A stretch of DNA of 55,033 nt from Bacteroidales bacterium (GTDB taxonomy: Bacteria > Bacteroidota > Bacteroidia > Bacteroidales > UBA7960), in the NCBI GenBank assembly GCA_046483935.1, contig JAWOCF010000114.1:1-55033 (forward strand). The letters are read 5' to 3'. A model generated the notes under the pieces. It saw only the letters and a list, made by a program, of their open reading frames with translations. It was not told the origin of the DNA and made no database searches. Position numbers and translations under genes: made by a program. This document shows, one piece after another, positions 45,186 through 54,312 of the stretch (position 1 is the first letter of the stretch; the number at the start of each line of letters is the position of its first letter).

Positions 45186-45193
45186 TATCTTTG
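45186..45193 (+). promoter_or_regulatory. Candidate -7 promoter box for the FKBP gene
   Basis: TATCTTTG, an exact TAnnTTTG match, lies 37 nt upstream of the ATG at 45230. Confidence 0.4.
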
Positions 45194-45229
45194 CCCGAAT
45201 TAATTTGACACCAACAATCTACTTCATCC

Positions 45230-45697
45230 ATGATGCATCTTTTGACCACCCGATATAGCATTCGCTTGTTCATTATCATTTTATTCGTTGGATTGGCCTC
45301 CTGCCAGAAAGATCCCAATGAAAACCAAGCCATTAAGGACCGTGAAAAGATTCTTGAATATTTGGCTGATAATGATCTGGAAGCCCAGGAGCATGAATCA
45401 GGCTTGTTCTACATCATTGAAAACGAAGGAGTAGGAAACCACCCAAGCAGTAATTCAGTGGTCCTGATCTCCTACAAAGGATATTTTCTGGATGAAGAAA
45501 TTTTTGATGCCCGCGAGAATGCCCGGATGGAATTAAATCAAACCATTCAGGGATGGGGTATCGGAATCCCCTTGTTCAAAAAAGGGGGAAACGGGATATT
45601 ATTTATCCCCTCGGCCCTGGGATATGGCCCTTATGGCAGCATGGGCATCCCTGGTAACTCAGTATTGATTTTTGAAGTTGAACTGATTGAATATTAA
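45230..45697 (+). CDS. FKBP-type peptidyl-prolyl cis-trans isomerase lipoprotein
   Basis: Lipobox VGLASC and the FKBP core V.ISYKGYFLD..IFD......IQGW..GIPLFKKGG...LFIPSALGYG. Confidence 0.85.
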   Translation: MMHLLTTRYSIRLFIIILFVGLASCQKDPNENQAIKDREKILEYLADNDLEAQEHESGLFYIIENEGVGNHPSSNSVVLISYKGYFLDEEIFDARENARMELNQTIQGWGIGIPLFKKGGNGILFIPSALGYGPYGSMGIPGNSVLIFEVELIEY

Positions 45698-45744
45698 AGT
45701 TGACTGTGCATCTGATTTTGTACACACCCAATGCAAACAAATTG

Positions 45745-45752
45745 TAAATTTG
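45745..45752 (+). promoter_or_regulatory. Candidate -7 promoter box for the 94-aa ORF
   Basis: TAAATTTG, an exact TAnnTTTG match, lies 29 nt upstream of the ATG at 45781. It is embedded in the dyad ATGCAAA-N11-TTTGCAT. Confidence 0.4.
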
Positions 45753-45780
45753 CATTCCCAAACAAATAACATAAATAAAC

Positions 45781-46065
45781 ATGGCAAGCGTAAAAAACCT
45801 GAAAAAGGATGTAAATTATCTGACTGATGAAGTTGTTGGAACCTGTTTGTTGCATCAATACGCCAATAAGGAAGAGAATCAGCAGAAAGTTGATCAACTG
45901 ATTGATGAAATCCTGGAATCCAGAGAAGATCTCATCAACAAGTTGAACCATCCTGAAGACCGTCCTGAAGGCAAGAGCATCAAGGCCTGGTACAATGAGC
46001 AGTTTGATGCTTTTATAGAAAAGGTGAATGCAACCTTTGAAGCTCTAGGTGAGATTGGGGAATAA
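45781..46065 (+). CDS. Hypothetical small helical protein (94 aa)
   Basis: ATG ORF bracketed by a promoter-like box and an intrinsic terminator. No recognisable domain. Confidence 0.5.
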   Translation: MASVKNLKKDVNYLTDEVVGTCLLHQYANKEENQQKVDQLIDEILESREDLINKLNHPEDRPEGKSIKAWYNEQFDAFIEKVNATFEALGEIGE

Positions 46066-46088
46066 TTTCTCTCATAGCTCCCGGTACT

Positions 46089-46116
46089 TAAAAGGCGCTT
46101 GCAGCGTCTTTTTTTG
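46089..46116 (+). terminator. Intrinsic terminator after the 94-aa ORF
   Basis: Stem AAGGCGCT-TGC-AGCGTCTT (one G-U pair) followed by a T-run. Confidence 0.6.
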
Positions 46117-46164
46117 TATTTGAATTTGCCGACACAGGGTGCCTGCCTAAAAGATGCTCAACTG

Positions 46165-46833
46165 ATGTGTGGAAGATATACTTTAACCCTGCCCTGGAAC
46201 GAAATCGCTGAACAATTTGGCGTTGCTGTTCCTCAGGGCCATGGCCTTGAGTACAATGCGGCACCGGGGCAAAAGCACCCAATCATTACAAGCAGGGAGC
46301 CCGGCAAACTACAAATGATCTATTGGGGGTTTCCGCTGAAAGGGAGCCAAAAAAGCCAGCTGATCATCAATGCCCGCCAGGACACATTGACCCGGAAAGC
46401 TTTGTTCAGAGAGAAGTTACACTCCGGGCGTTGCATCATTCCGGCCGATGGTTTTTACGAATGGGAGAAAAAAGCAGGCAAAAGAATGCCTGTCCGCTTT
46501 CTGCTGAAGAACAAAGGATTGTTTGCTTTTGCCGGGCTCTTCGGCATCTTTAAAACAGCAGCGGGTGACTCTGTTGAGAGGTTTACCATCATTACCACCC
46601 AGGCCAATGAGCTGGTGCAAAACATCCATGACCGGATGCCACTGATGCTTCAGCCGCAACAGGCATTGAAATGGCTTCAGGATCGTGATCCTGAAGCGGC
46701 CACCCAACAGCTGCAGCCAGTAAAGGCCAGTGACATGATCAGCTATCCTGTTTCCCCGAAGGTAAACAACGCTGCAAATAACTCCCCTGAAAACATCCTG
46801 CCCTGGACAGATCCCGGGCTTACCCTTTTTTAA
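46165..46833 (+). CDS. SOS response-associated peptidase (SRAP/YedK family), abasic-site DNA-protein crosslink protein
   Basis: The start MCGRYTL places the catalytic Cys at position 2. It also has the NARQDTL and ADGFYEW motifs typical of SRAP. The start is placed at Met23 of the track ORF. Confidence 0.85.
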   Translation: MCGRYTLTLPWNEIAEQFGVAVPQGHGLEYNAAPGQKHPIITSREPGKLQMIYWGFPLKGSQKSQLIINARQDTLTRKALFREKLHSGRCIIPADGFYEWEKKAGKRMPVRFLLKNKGLFAFAGLFGIFKTAAGDSVERFTIITTQANELVQNIHDRMPLMLQPQQALKWLQDRDPEAATQQLQPVKASDMISYPVSPKVNNAANNSPENILPWTDPGLTLF

Positions 46834-46956
46834 TGAACCTTTTGAACAAGCACTCCTTTAATTAAAAAGCAATCATAGCATGAAGAGGCCGTTTTTTGCG
46901 TTCTCTTATTGTAAGACAGTTTCTTTGTTGCCCATCACCATTATAAAAAAACACCA

Positions 46957-48486
46957 ATGACCAGTAACCATAATACCGACAGACCGTATAAAAAGGGAAA
47001 ACCCGTCAGTAAAAACAACGCTTCGATGAACAAGTCACGTGGGGAATCCAAATCAGAAAATCCTGGCCGCAGGGATTCCGGAAAAGATTCCGGACCAAAA
47101 CGTTCGTACCCCCGAAAAGATTCGGACCACGAAGAGCCCAAAAAAAGATTTTCGTCCTCATCACCCCGCCGGGATGAACCCGGCGAGCCCACCCGCTATC
47201 CGGGAAAAAACCGGGCAGCAGATTCCGGGGAACGCTCCGGCAGGGAAAAACGGGAGTTTCCCCGAAAAGACTATCCGGCTTCCAAACCAGAGTCAGGAAG
47301 GAGAGAAAGACCCGGCTCCAGGCCAGAATCCAGAGAGCATACCGGCGACAGAAAACGGGAATATCCTTCAAAAGAACGTACCGCATCTGACAGACCCTCT
47401 CATCAGGGAGGTGACAGGTCAGAGAGGTTCCACAAAAAAGAACGCCCCTCATCAGATCGTCCCTCTTTCCCGAGAGATGAGAAATCAGGCCGGTTCCAGA
47501 AAAGAGAACGTCCTTCATCCGAGCGGCCCGCTGGCATAAGAGAGGAAAGGTCAGAGCGGTTCCCCAAAAGAGAACGCCCCTCATCCGACAGGCCTTCTGG
47601 CCCAAGGGAGGAAAAGTCAGAGAGGTTTTCCGAAAGAGAACGCCCTTCATCCGAGCGGCCCGCTTATTCAAGAGATGCAAAATCAGGCAGGTTCCAGAAA
47701 AGAGAACGGCCCTCGCGCGATCGTTCAGAGAGCACATACAACCCGGAGCGTCGTCCCGAGACCATGCGCTCCGATGCTCCAGTGCGGCTGAACAAATACA
47801 TTGCCCATGCAGGCATCTGCAGCCGTCGCGAGGCTGACACCCTCATAGAAACAGGTGCCATCAGCATCAACGGAGTGATCGTTACCGAACTGGGCACCAA
47901 AGTTAAACCCGGTGACATTGTAAGATATGGCGATACACGGCTGGTGAATGAACGAAAGGTGTATATCCTGCTGAACAAGCCAAAGGATTATATTACCACC
48001 TCCGAAGACCCCCAGGGTCGTAAAACTGTGCTGGATCTGGTTTACAGGGCATGCCGCGAGCGGGTATACCCCGTAGGACGGCTGGACCGCAATACCACCG
48101 GCCTGTTGCTCTTTACCAATGATGGGGAGATGGCCAAAAAACTCACCCATCCCAAACATGGGGTCAACAAGATCTACCACGTGCACCTGGACAAGCCTCT
48201 TACCAAAGCAGACCTTGAACAAGTTGCCAAAGGTGTGGAGCTGGAGGATGTCACTGTGGTTCCGGATGCCGTTTCCTATATAGAAGGCGAAAGCAAGAAG
48301 GAAGTAGGCATCCAGATCCATAGCGGGCAGAACAGGATTGTGCGAAGGATCTTTGAAAAGCTGGGGTATGATGTTCAAAAACTGGACAGGGTAGCCTTTG
48401 CCGGATTAACAAAAAAAGACCTGCCACGCGGCAAATGGCGTTTCCTGTCGGAAAAAGAAGTTAGCTTTCTGAAAATGCTCAAATAA
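46957..48486 (+). CDS. RluB/RsuA-family pseudouridine synthase with a long repetitive R/S/E/P-rich N-terminal extension
   Basis: S4 domain (RLNKYIAHAGICSRREADTLI) and the catalytic motif VGRLDRNTTGLLLFTNDG. The first 265 aa or so are low-complexity. Confidence 0.85.
   Translation: MTSNHNTDRPYKKGKPVSKNNASMNKSRGESKSENPGRRDSGKDSGPKRSYPRKDSDHEEPKKRFSSSSPRRDEPGEPTRYPGKNRAADSGERSGREKREFPRKDYPASKPESGRRERPGSRPESREHTGDRKREYPSKERTASDRPSHQGGDRSERFHKKERPSSDRPSFPRDEKSGRFQKRERPSSERPAGIREERSERFPKRERPSSDRPSGPREEKSERFSERERPSSERPAYSRDAKSGRFQKRERPSRDRSESTYNPERRPETMRSDAPVRLNKYIAHAGICSRREADTLIETGAISINGVIVTELGTKVKPGDIVRYGDTRLVNERKVYILLNKPKDYITTSEDPQGRKTVLDLVYRACRERVYPVGRLDRNTTGLLLFTNDGEMAKKLTHPKHGVNKIYHVHLDKPLTKADLEQVAKGVELEDVTVVPDAVSYIEGESKKEVGIQIHSGQNRIVRRIFEKLGYDVQKLDRVAFAGLTKKDLPRGKWRFLSEKEVSFLKMLK
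47434..47730 (+). repeat. In-frame 66-bp (22-aa) tandem repeat, about 4.5 copies, inside the pseudouridine synthase N-terminus
   Basis: Units start at 47434, 47500, 47566, 47632 and 47698 and encode K(K/R)ERPSS(D/E)RP..(P/I)R(D/E)E(K/R)S(G/E)RF(Q/P). More degenerate copies lie upstream. Confidence 0.85.
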
Positions 48487-48493
48487 TGATGTA

Positions 48494-51085
48494 ATGATGC
48501 AGCAACAGCCTCTCACCAAAAAGGAACTGTTCTGGAAATTCCTGAAGACTGCAGGAATTTCCGGAATAGTGTTTCTGGTGGGGCTGTTTGTCGTGTTGCT
48601 GATCAGCACCCTGATCTTTCAGGAGCGCATCCAGAATCTGTTCCTGCAAAATATCAACCAAAACCTGCGCACCGAAGTGCAGGTTGACAACATCCGCCTG
48701 GATCTCTTCAGGCGCTTTCCCAATGCCTCGCTCACTTTTTCCAACACCAGGATCTTTGAACCAGACCCTGCAAACAGCAGCGATACGCTTGTACAAGCTG
48801 GAAGAATATTTCTGAAATTCAACCTCTGGGACCTGATCAAGGGTGACTACACCCTCAGGCAGATAGAAATATCCAATGCAAGGATCAGGCCTTCCATTCA
48901 TCAGGACGGCACCAACAACTTCACGATCTGGAACAGTTCTCAACAGGAATCAACCGGTTCGTTTTCCATTTCCCTGGAACGCATTATTCTGAATCAGGTG
49001 CTGGTGGAATTTGAAAACCAGATGACCAACACCCTTCTTTTTCTGGATGCCGGCAAAATGACAATGAGCGGCTCCTTTCAGGATGAAGTGTTCGACCTCT
49101 CGGCAAAAGGCAATCTGATTGCCCGGCAGATAGCTTTCGGGGAAACCGCTCTCACCGGTGGTAAACCTCTGGAAGTAGATCTGGTGATGGAGGTAAGAAA
49201 CCAGTCGGAATTTGTTTTCCGCAAAGGAATCCTGTTGATCAATCAGCATGCCTTCTCGGTGCTCGGAAATATCAGTAATTCGGCAGGGAAAACCGATATG
49301 GACCTACAGGTATCAGGCAACGAGCTTAACCTGCAGACCCTCATTGAGGACCTGCCCCATCAATGGAAGACACACCTGAGTGATTACCGCAGCAAGGGAG
49401 AAATGACCTTCAATGCCTTGATCAAAGGCACCTATTCCTCATCGGGCAATCCCTATGTGGAAGCAGATTTCCTGGTTTCTGATGCAGGCATGCATCATGC
49501 TTCCAGCAACCTGCAGCTCACCAACCTCTCTTTTTCCGGGACTTTTAACAATGGCAGGCGCCAGAATCTTTCAACCTCTTCCTTTACCTTCTCCGATTTC
49601 TCTACCCGCATCAACCAGGGAACATTGGAAGGTAATCTTTCAATTTTCAATTTCCTGAAACCTGATATTGATCTGAATATAGAGGTAGATGCAGAAATCC
49701 CCGACCTGATTCATTTGCTTAATATCCGGCAGGTTGCTGAAGCCTCGGGCAAGGTGCAGGCCAGCCTGGCCTTCCGCGGCCGCCTGAGCAACAGGAACAG
49801 GTTTACCCCCCAGGACATTGGACAGGTAAAGGCCACCGGAAACATTGAATTCAGCGGGGCAGCCTTCCGCATGAAGGACAACCCCCTGGACTTCACCGGG
49901 TTCAATGGCTCCTTTCTTTTCAATGATGCTGACCTGGTGGTGAAATCATTCTCGGGAAAAGCCAGCAGCAGCGATTTTCATCTTCAGGGAAACTTCCGCA
50001 ATGTGCTGCCCTATCTGTTTCTGGAAAATGAGAAGATTTTTATTGAAGCCAGGCTTATCTCGGAGAACCTGAACTTTGATGAGATCCTGCAACAAGGAAC
50101 TGCTGAATCAGATTCAACCTACCAGCTGAAGTTCTCCCAACACCTGGGGTTCCATCTGGAGGCCCAGGTCAGCAATCTGAAATTCCGTAAATTCCAGGCA
50201 CAACAGATCAAGGGTAGAGCCAGCCTGCAAAACAAGCGCTTCTATGCCAGCAACCTGTCTTTCGGCTCCATGCAGGGGCAGATTCTGGCCAACGGTTTCA
50301 TCGATGGAACCCGTCAGGACTATATGACCTTTGGCTGCCAGGCAGAGCTGCAGCAGGTTGACGTACACCAGCTTTTTTACCAGATGGGCAACTTCGGTCA
50401 GACCAGCATTGTAGATGAAAATATTTTTGGTTCTATTTCCGCAGAGCTTGATTTCACGGCCCGATGGTCGCCACACATGGACGTTGACTGGGGCAGCCTG
50501 GAAACAACCGCTAATATCAGGGTAGAAAACGGAGCGCTGGTGAACTATCAACCCATGATAGAACTCTCCCGCTTTTTAAGAGTCGACGACCTGGATCATG
50601 TTACCTTTTCTACCCTCGAAAATCAGATTCATATTAAGGACCGCATGATCATCATCCCTGAGATGGAAATCAACTCCAGTGCCCTCGATCTGAATATTAC
50701 CGGTCAGCATTCTTTTGAAAACGCCATTGATTACCGCCTTCAGGTATTGCTCTCAGATCTTCTCTCCCGCAAAAACCGCCAGGCGCGCAATCCACAGGAC
50801 CAATATGGCGATATCATTGATGATGGCCTGGGACGCACCACCCTGTTTCTGGCACTCACCGGAACCACTGATGATCCGGTGTTCAGATATGATTACCGTG
50901 GGGTGCGTGAGAAACTGCAGCAAGACCTGGCACGCGAGAGGCAGAATCTGCGCGATGTGTTCCGCAAGGAGTTCGGCCTGACCCCTAAAACCCAACCTGA
51001 TTCGGCAGCCAAAGCAGCACAGAAACGGAAAGAACAATTAAAAAAACAAGAAAACGGAGAGTTTATTATCGAGTGGGATCTTTAA
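48494..51085 (+). CDS. AsmA-family-like large membrane-anchored protein
   Basis: 863 aa with an N-terminal TM anchor followed by a pattern (IQNLFLQNINQNLRTEVQVDNIRLDLFRRFPNASLTF) resembling AsmA N-termini. The rest is beta-rich. Confidence 0.5.
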   Translation: MMQQQPLTKKELFWKFLKTAGISGIVFLVGLFVVLLISTLIFQERIQNLFLQNINQNLRTEVQVDNIRLDLFRRFPNASLTFSNTRIFEPDPANSSDTLVQAGRIFLKFNLWDLIKGDYTLRQIEISNARIRPSIHQDGTNNFTIWNSSQQESTGSFSISLERIILNQVLVEFENQMTNTLLFLDAGKMTMSGSFQDEVFDLSAKGNLIARQIAFGETALTGGKPLEVDLVMEVRNQSEFVFRKGILLINQHAFSVLGNISNSAGKTDMDLQVSGNELNLQTLIEDLPHQWKTHLSDYRSKGEMTFNALIKGTYSSSGNPYVEADFLVSDAGMHHASSNLQLTNLSFSGTFNNGRRQNLSTSSFTFSDFSTRINQGTLEGNLSIFNFLKPDIDLNIEVDAEIPDLIHLLNIRQVAEASGKVQASLAFRGRLSNRNRFTPQDIGQVKATGNIEFSGAAFRMKDNPLDFTGFNGSFLFNDADLVVKSFSGKASSSDFHLQGNFRNVLPYLFLENEKIFIEARLISENLNFDEILQQGTAESDSTYQLKFSQHLGFHLEAQVSNLKFRKFQAQQIKGRASLQNKRFYASNLSFGSMQGQILANGFIDGTRQDYMTFGCQAELQQVDVHQLFYQMGNFGQTSIVDENIFGSISAELDFTARWSPHMDVDWGSLETTANIRVENGALVNYQPMIELSRFLRVDDLDHVTFSTLENQIHIKDRMIIIPEMEINSSALDLNITGQHSFENAIDYRLQVLLSDLLSRKNRQARNPQDQYGDIIDDGLGRTTLFLALTGTTDDPVFRYDYRGVREKLQQDLARERQNLRDVFRKEFGLTPKTQPDSAAKAAQKRKEQLKKQENGEFIIEWDL

Positions 51086-51114
51086 GGTTTTTGCTCTGAG
51101 TCAACCTACCTGAA

Positions 51115-51933
51115 ATGATTGTATACCCCAATGCCAAGATCAATCTGGGCCTGCACATTACCCAAAAACGTCCCGATGGGTTTCATGAGATAGAAACCGT
51201 GATGTTTCCCACAAAATTGTGCGATGCCCTGGAGGTGGTTCCGGCAGATACAAGTCGTTCTTCCTTTTCATTGAGTGGCATGGCTGTTCCCGATCATAAC
51301 CAGAACCTGTGTGTCAGCGCCTGTAAGCTGTTGCAGCAATCCTGGCACCTCCCTCCTGTCAGGATATTCCTTCATAAAAAAATTCCCATTGGGGCAGGGC
51401 TGGGCGGAGGAAGTGCAGATGCCGCATTCACCCTGAAGGCATTAAAGGAAATGTATAACCTGCAGGTTCCTTCATCCACATTGCATGAGCTGGCCTCCAG
51501 CCTGGGAAGTGATTGTCCGTTCTTCCTGGAAAACAAACCCATGCTGGCCTCCGGAAGGGGAGAAATTCTTAACCCGCTTCCAGAAATTGATTTATCAGGA
51601 TGGCACCTTATTGTGATTACACCTCCGGTACATGTACCCACTGCAGCAGCCTATCAGGGGGTAATCCCCAAAAAGCCCGCACAGCCCTTACTTGAGGTGA
51701 TTCAACAACCTGTTCACCTGTGGAAACATTCCCTGATCAATGATTTTGAAGAAACCATTTTCCGGAAGTTCCCTGCCATTGCCCCCATCAAGGAAAAGTT
51801 ATATCAACTTGGGGCAACATATGCCAGCATGAGTGGTAGTGGATCCTCGGTCTTCGGGCTTTTTGAACAAAAACCTGATGAAGGCTTCAGGCTGCAATTC
51901 AAAGATCATTTTATCTGGCAGGAAGAATTATAA
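51115..51933 (+). CDS. ispE: 4-(cytidine 5'-diphospho)-2-C-methyl-D-erythritol kinase
   Basis: KINLGLHI..KR.DGFHEIETV and the GHMP kinase motif PIGAGLGGGSADAA. Confidence 0.9.
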   Translation: MIVYPNAKINLGLHITQKRPDGFHEIETVMFPTKLCDALEVVPADTSRSSFSLSGMAVPDHNQNLCVSACKLLQQSWHLPPVRIFLHKKIPIGAGLGGGSADAAFTLKALKEMYNLQVPSSTLHELASSLGSDCPFFLENKPMLASGRGEILNPLPEIDLSGWHLIVITPPVHVPTAAAYQGVIPKKPAQPLLEVIQQPVHLWKHSLINDFEETIFRKFPAIAPIKEKLYQLGATYASMSGSGSSVFGLFEQKPDEGFRLQFKDHFIWQEEL

Positions 51934-52147
51934 CTTCCAATGCCCACCCCCCTTTAAAGAAAAAAGCTCCCTTCACGAATCACATTACAAATCACTGGTC
52001 TGTTTTTCAAAGCATTAATACCTCTGCGGCTTTTTGCTTTTAACGTTTTTTAACATAGCATCATTCCAAACCTTTTCCGGGCTCCTGTGGGATTTTAAGT
52101 ATTTTTACGGCCGTCAATCAACTAAAAAACTTAATCCCCCAACCATC

Positions 52148-54178
52148 ATGATCCATAAGGTAATTACGATTCACTGGCTGGCCATCCTGTTTCTCTGGGC
52201 TTCTGCTGAGGCCCGGGGCCAGCAAACCATGACCCCACAGAATCTGTTTGACATTCAGTCAGTGGCAGAAGTATCCATTTCTCCTGACAAGAATTTTATT
52301 GCTTTCACCCTGAATGTTCCCCGCCCTTTTGATCATCCCTCAGGAGGTGATTACCGCGAACTCTACCTCTATGATGTAAAGGCACAGAAAACCCTTCCTT
52401 TCATTACAGGTTCGCAGAGCATCACCAGCATCGGCTGGAATCCTGCCGGTGATGCCATCACTTTCAGGGCCAGTATGGACGATGTTCCCGGGGTACAGGT
52501 TTATGCCATAAATGTTAATGGCGGCTCCCATTACCCACTGACGCGTTTCGATGGAAATGTAAATTCTTATAAATTTATTGATCATCAGAATCTTGCCATC
52601 GTATCGGCCGAACCTGCAGACCCCGCCGGTCAGCAACTGCGCCGGAAAGGGTTTGATCTGGAAGTCTTTGAAGAGGAATTCCGCCACCTGGCACTGTATC
52701 GGTACAATCTGCAGGATCATAAAGCGCGTGCCCTTACCCGGGGCGTTACTGTGTTCGACTTCACCATCAGCCCTGATGGCCGGTTTGCTGCTGCAGCCAT
52801 TGCTCCCCGTAACCTGGTTGACGACAGCTACATGTTTAAGCGCATTCACCTGGTAGATCTCAACACCGGCGAAACAACAAAAATCATGGAAAACCCAGGC
52901 AAACTGGGCAGGATGGCATGGAGCCCCGACGGCACCAAACTGGCCTTTGCCTCGGCCAGCAAAAGAGAAGACTCGGTGGTAGGCAGCTTGTTTGTTATGG
53001 ACGTTCCGACCAGCAAAACCTTCGGCGAACTGCAAAATGTGGTCAAAGACATGGAGCTTTCCGTCAACGCCTTTGCCTGGAAAGACAACAATACCTTATT
53101 GTACGCAGCCGAAGAGGGTGTAGACATTGTGCTGAGCGAGCAGCGCCTGGATAAGCCTTCCAGGACGATCCTGCTGGAGCCTGCCAATGTAGTATTCTCC
53201 GGATTCCATCATGTAGATGGCATGGTGGCCTTTGCCGGCAACACCTGGCAGCACCCCAGCGAGCTATTCACCTTTACCCTGAAACGTAAGGATCTGGTCC
53301 GCCACACACATCATAACCAATGGCTCAACCAGGTAGAACTGGCTCCCCAGCGCAAACTGGTATACGATGCCCGCGATGGTAAAGACATTGAAGGGGTGCT
53401 ATTATATCCCCTGAATTACGACGAATCAAAGAAGTACCCTCTGATCGTTTACATCCATGGGGGGCCGGAGGCGGCCGTAAAGAATGGCTGGAGCACCGGA
53501 TATAACATGTGGGGCCAGATTGCTGCCGCAAGAGATTACTTCGTGTTTATGCCCAACTATCGCTCCAGTTCAGGCAGAGGCGTTGACTTCACGATGGCAG
53601 GCTACGGCGACCTGGCCGGGGTGGAATATGACGACGTGCTCGACGGCATTGACCATCTGATTGATATCGGTTATGTTGACTCCAGCCGTGTGGGAATGGG
53701 CGGTGGCTCCTATGGTGGATACTTCTCGGCATGGTCGGCCACACGTCATACCGAACGCTTTGCTGCATCAGTGGTTTTCGTGGGGATCTCCAATCAGGTA
53801 TCCAAACGCAACACCACCGATATTCCCTGGGAAGATCAATACGTACACTGGGGGTACTGGAATCATGAAAATCATGAGGACGTTTACGACCGCAGCCCCA
53901 TAAAATATGCCCACCAGAGCAAAACCCCCACCCTGATCCTGGGCGGAACCGAAGATCCCCGCATCCATCCTTCCCAGTCGCTGGAGCTCTACCGGGCCCT
54001 GAAGCTGCACGGGCAGGCCCCTGTGCGCCTGATATGGTATCATGGCGAAGGACATGGCAACCGCCGCAACACCCACCGCCTGGATTATATTGTGCGCACC
54101 ATGGAATGGTTTGATCATTTTCTGAAAAATACAGGCAGCAATGAAATGCCGGACAAATATCCTGATTATGGTTTTTAA
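52148..54178 (+). CDS. S9 family serine peptidase (prolyl oligopeptidase / acylaminoacyl-peptidase-like)
   Basis: Signal peptide MIHKVITIHWLAILFLWASAEA (Met39 of the track ORF), a beta-propeller N-terminal half, nucleophile elbow GGSYGGY, then GTEDPRI and GEGHG. Confidence 0.85.
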   Translation: MIHKVITIHWLAILFLWASAEARGQQTMTPQNLFDIQSVAEVSISPDKNFIAFTLNVPRPFDHPSGGDYRELYLYDVKAQKTLPFITGSQSITSIGWNPAGDAITFRASMDDVPGVQVYAINVNGGSHYPLTRFDGNVNSYKFIDHQNLAIVSAEPADPAGQQLRRKGFDLEVFEEEFRHLALYRYNLQDHKARALTRGVTVFDFTISPDGRFAAAAIAPRNLVDDSYMFKRIHLVDLNTGETTKIMENPGKLGRMAWSPDGTKLAFASASKREDSVVGSLFVMDVPTSKTFGELQNVVKDMELSVNAFAWKDNNTLLYAAEEGVDIVLSEQRLDKPSRTILLEPANVVFSGFHHVDGMVAFAGNTWQHPSELFTFTLKRKDLVRHTHHNQWLNQVELAPQRKLVYDARDGKDIEGVLLYPLNYDESKKYPLIVYIHGGPEAAVKNGWSTGYNMWGQIAAARDYFVFMPNYRSSSGRGVDFTMAGYGDLAGVEYDDVLDGIDHLIDIGYVDSSRVGMGGGSYGGYFSAWSATRHTERFAASVVFVGISNQVSKRNTTDIPWEDQYVHWGYWNHENHEDVYDRSPIKYAHQSKTPTLILGGTEDPRIHPSQSLELYRALKLHGQAPVRLIWYHGEGHGNRRNTHRLDYIVRTMEWFDHFLKNTGSNEMPDKYPDYGF

Positions 54179-54201
54179 TCCCGTTTTCACAACATTTCTT
54201 T

Positions 54202-54209
54202 TATCTTTG
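54202..54209 (+). promoter_or_regulatory. Candidate -7 promoter box for the abgT-family gene
   Basis: TATCTTTG, an exact TAnnTTTG match, lies 104 nt upstream of the ATG at 54313. Confidence 0.35.
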
Positions 54210-54312
54210 CCGGCGAAATCATGCAGGGAATAGCCCCTTCAGAGTGCTTCCCATGAATGTTTTAATCTGTTTTAAAGCCTGATCACGGCCAAAACCCATT
54301 AACAACTACCGA

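Noticed and set aside
44755-45229. Invertible (phase-variable) promoter upstream of the adhesin gene
   Set aside because: I found only short AT-rich palindromes (AAATGCATTT, and TTTTAAG/CTTAAAA). There are no flanking inverted repeats of 15-30 bp, and the window contains no site-specific recombinase.
47006-47737. 243-aa minus-strand ORF and 166-aa alternative + frame ORF (47039-47539) across the pseudouridine synthase repeats
   Set aside because: The 66-bp tandem repeat lacks stop codons in several frames, so the open frames are a by-product of the repeat. Only the annotated frame continues into the S4 and catalytic domains.
52340-53035. 231-aa ORF antisense to the second S9 peptidase
   Set aside because: It is a shadow ORF inside a gene with clear catalytic-triad motifs.
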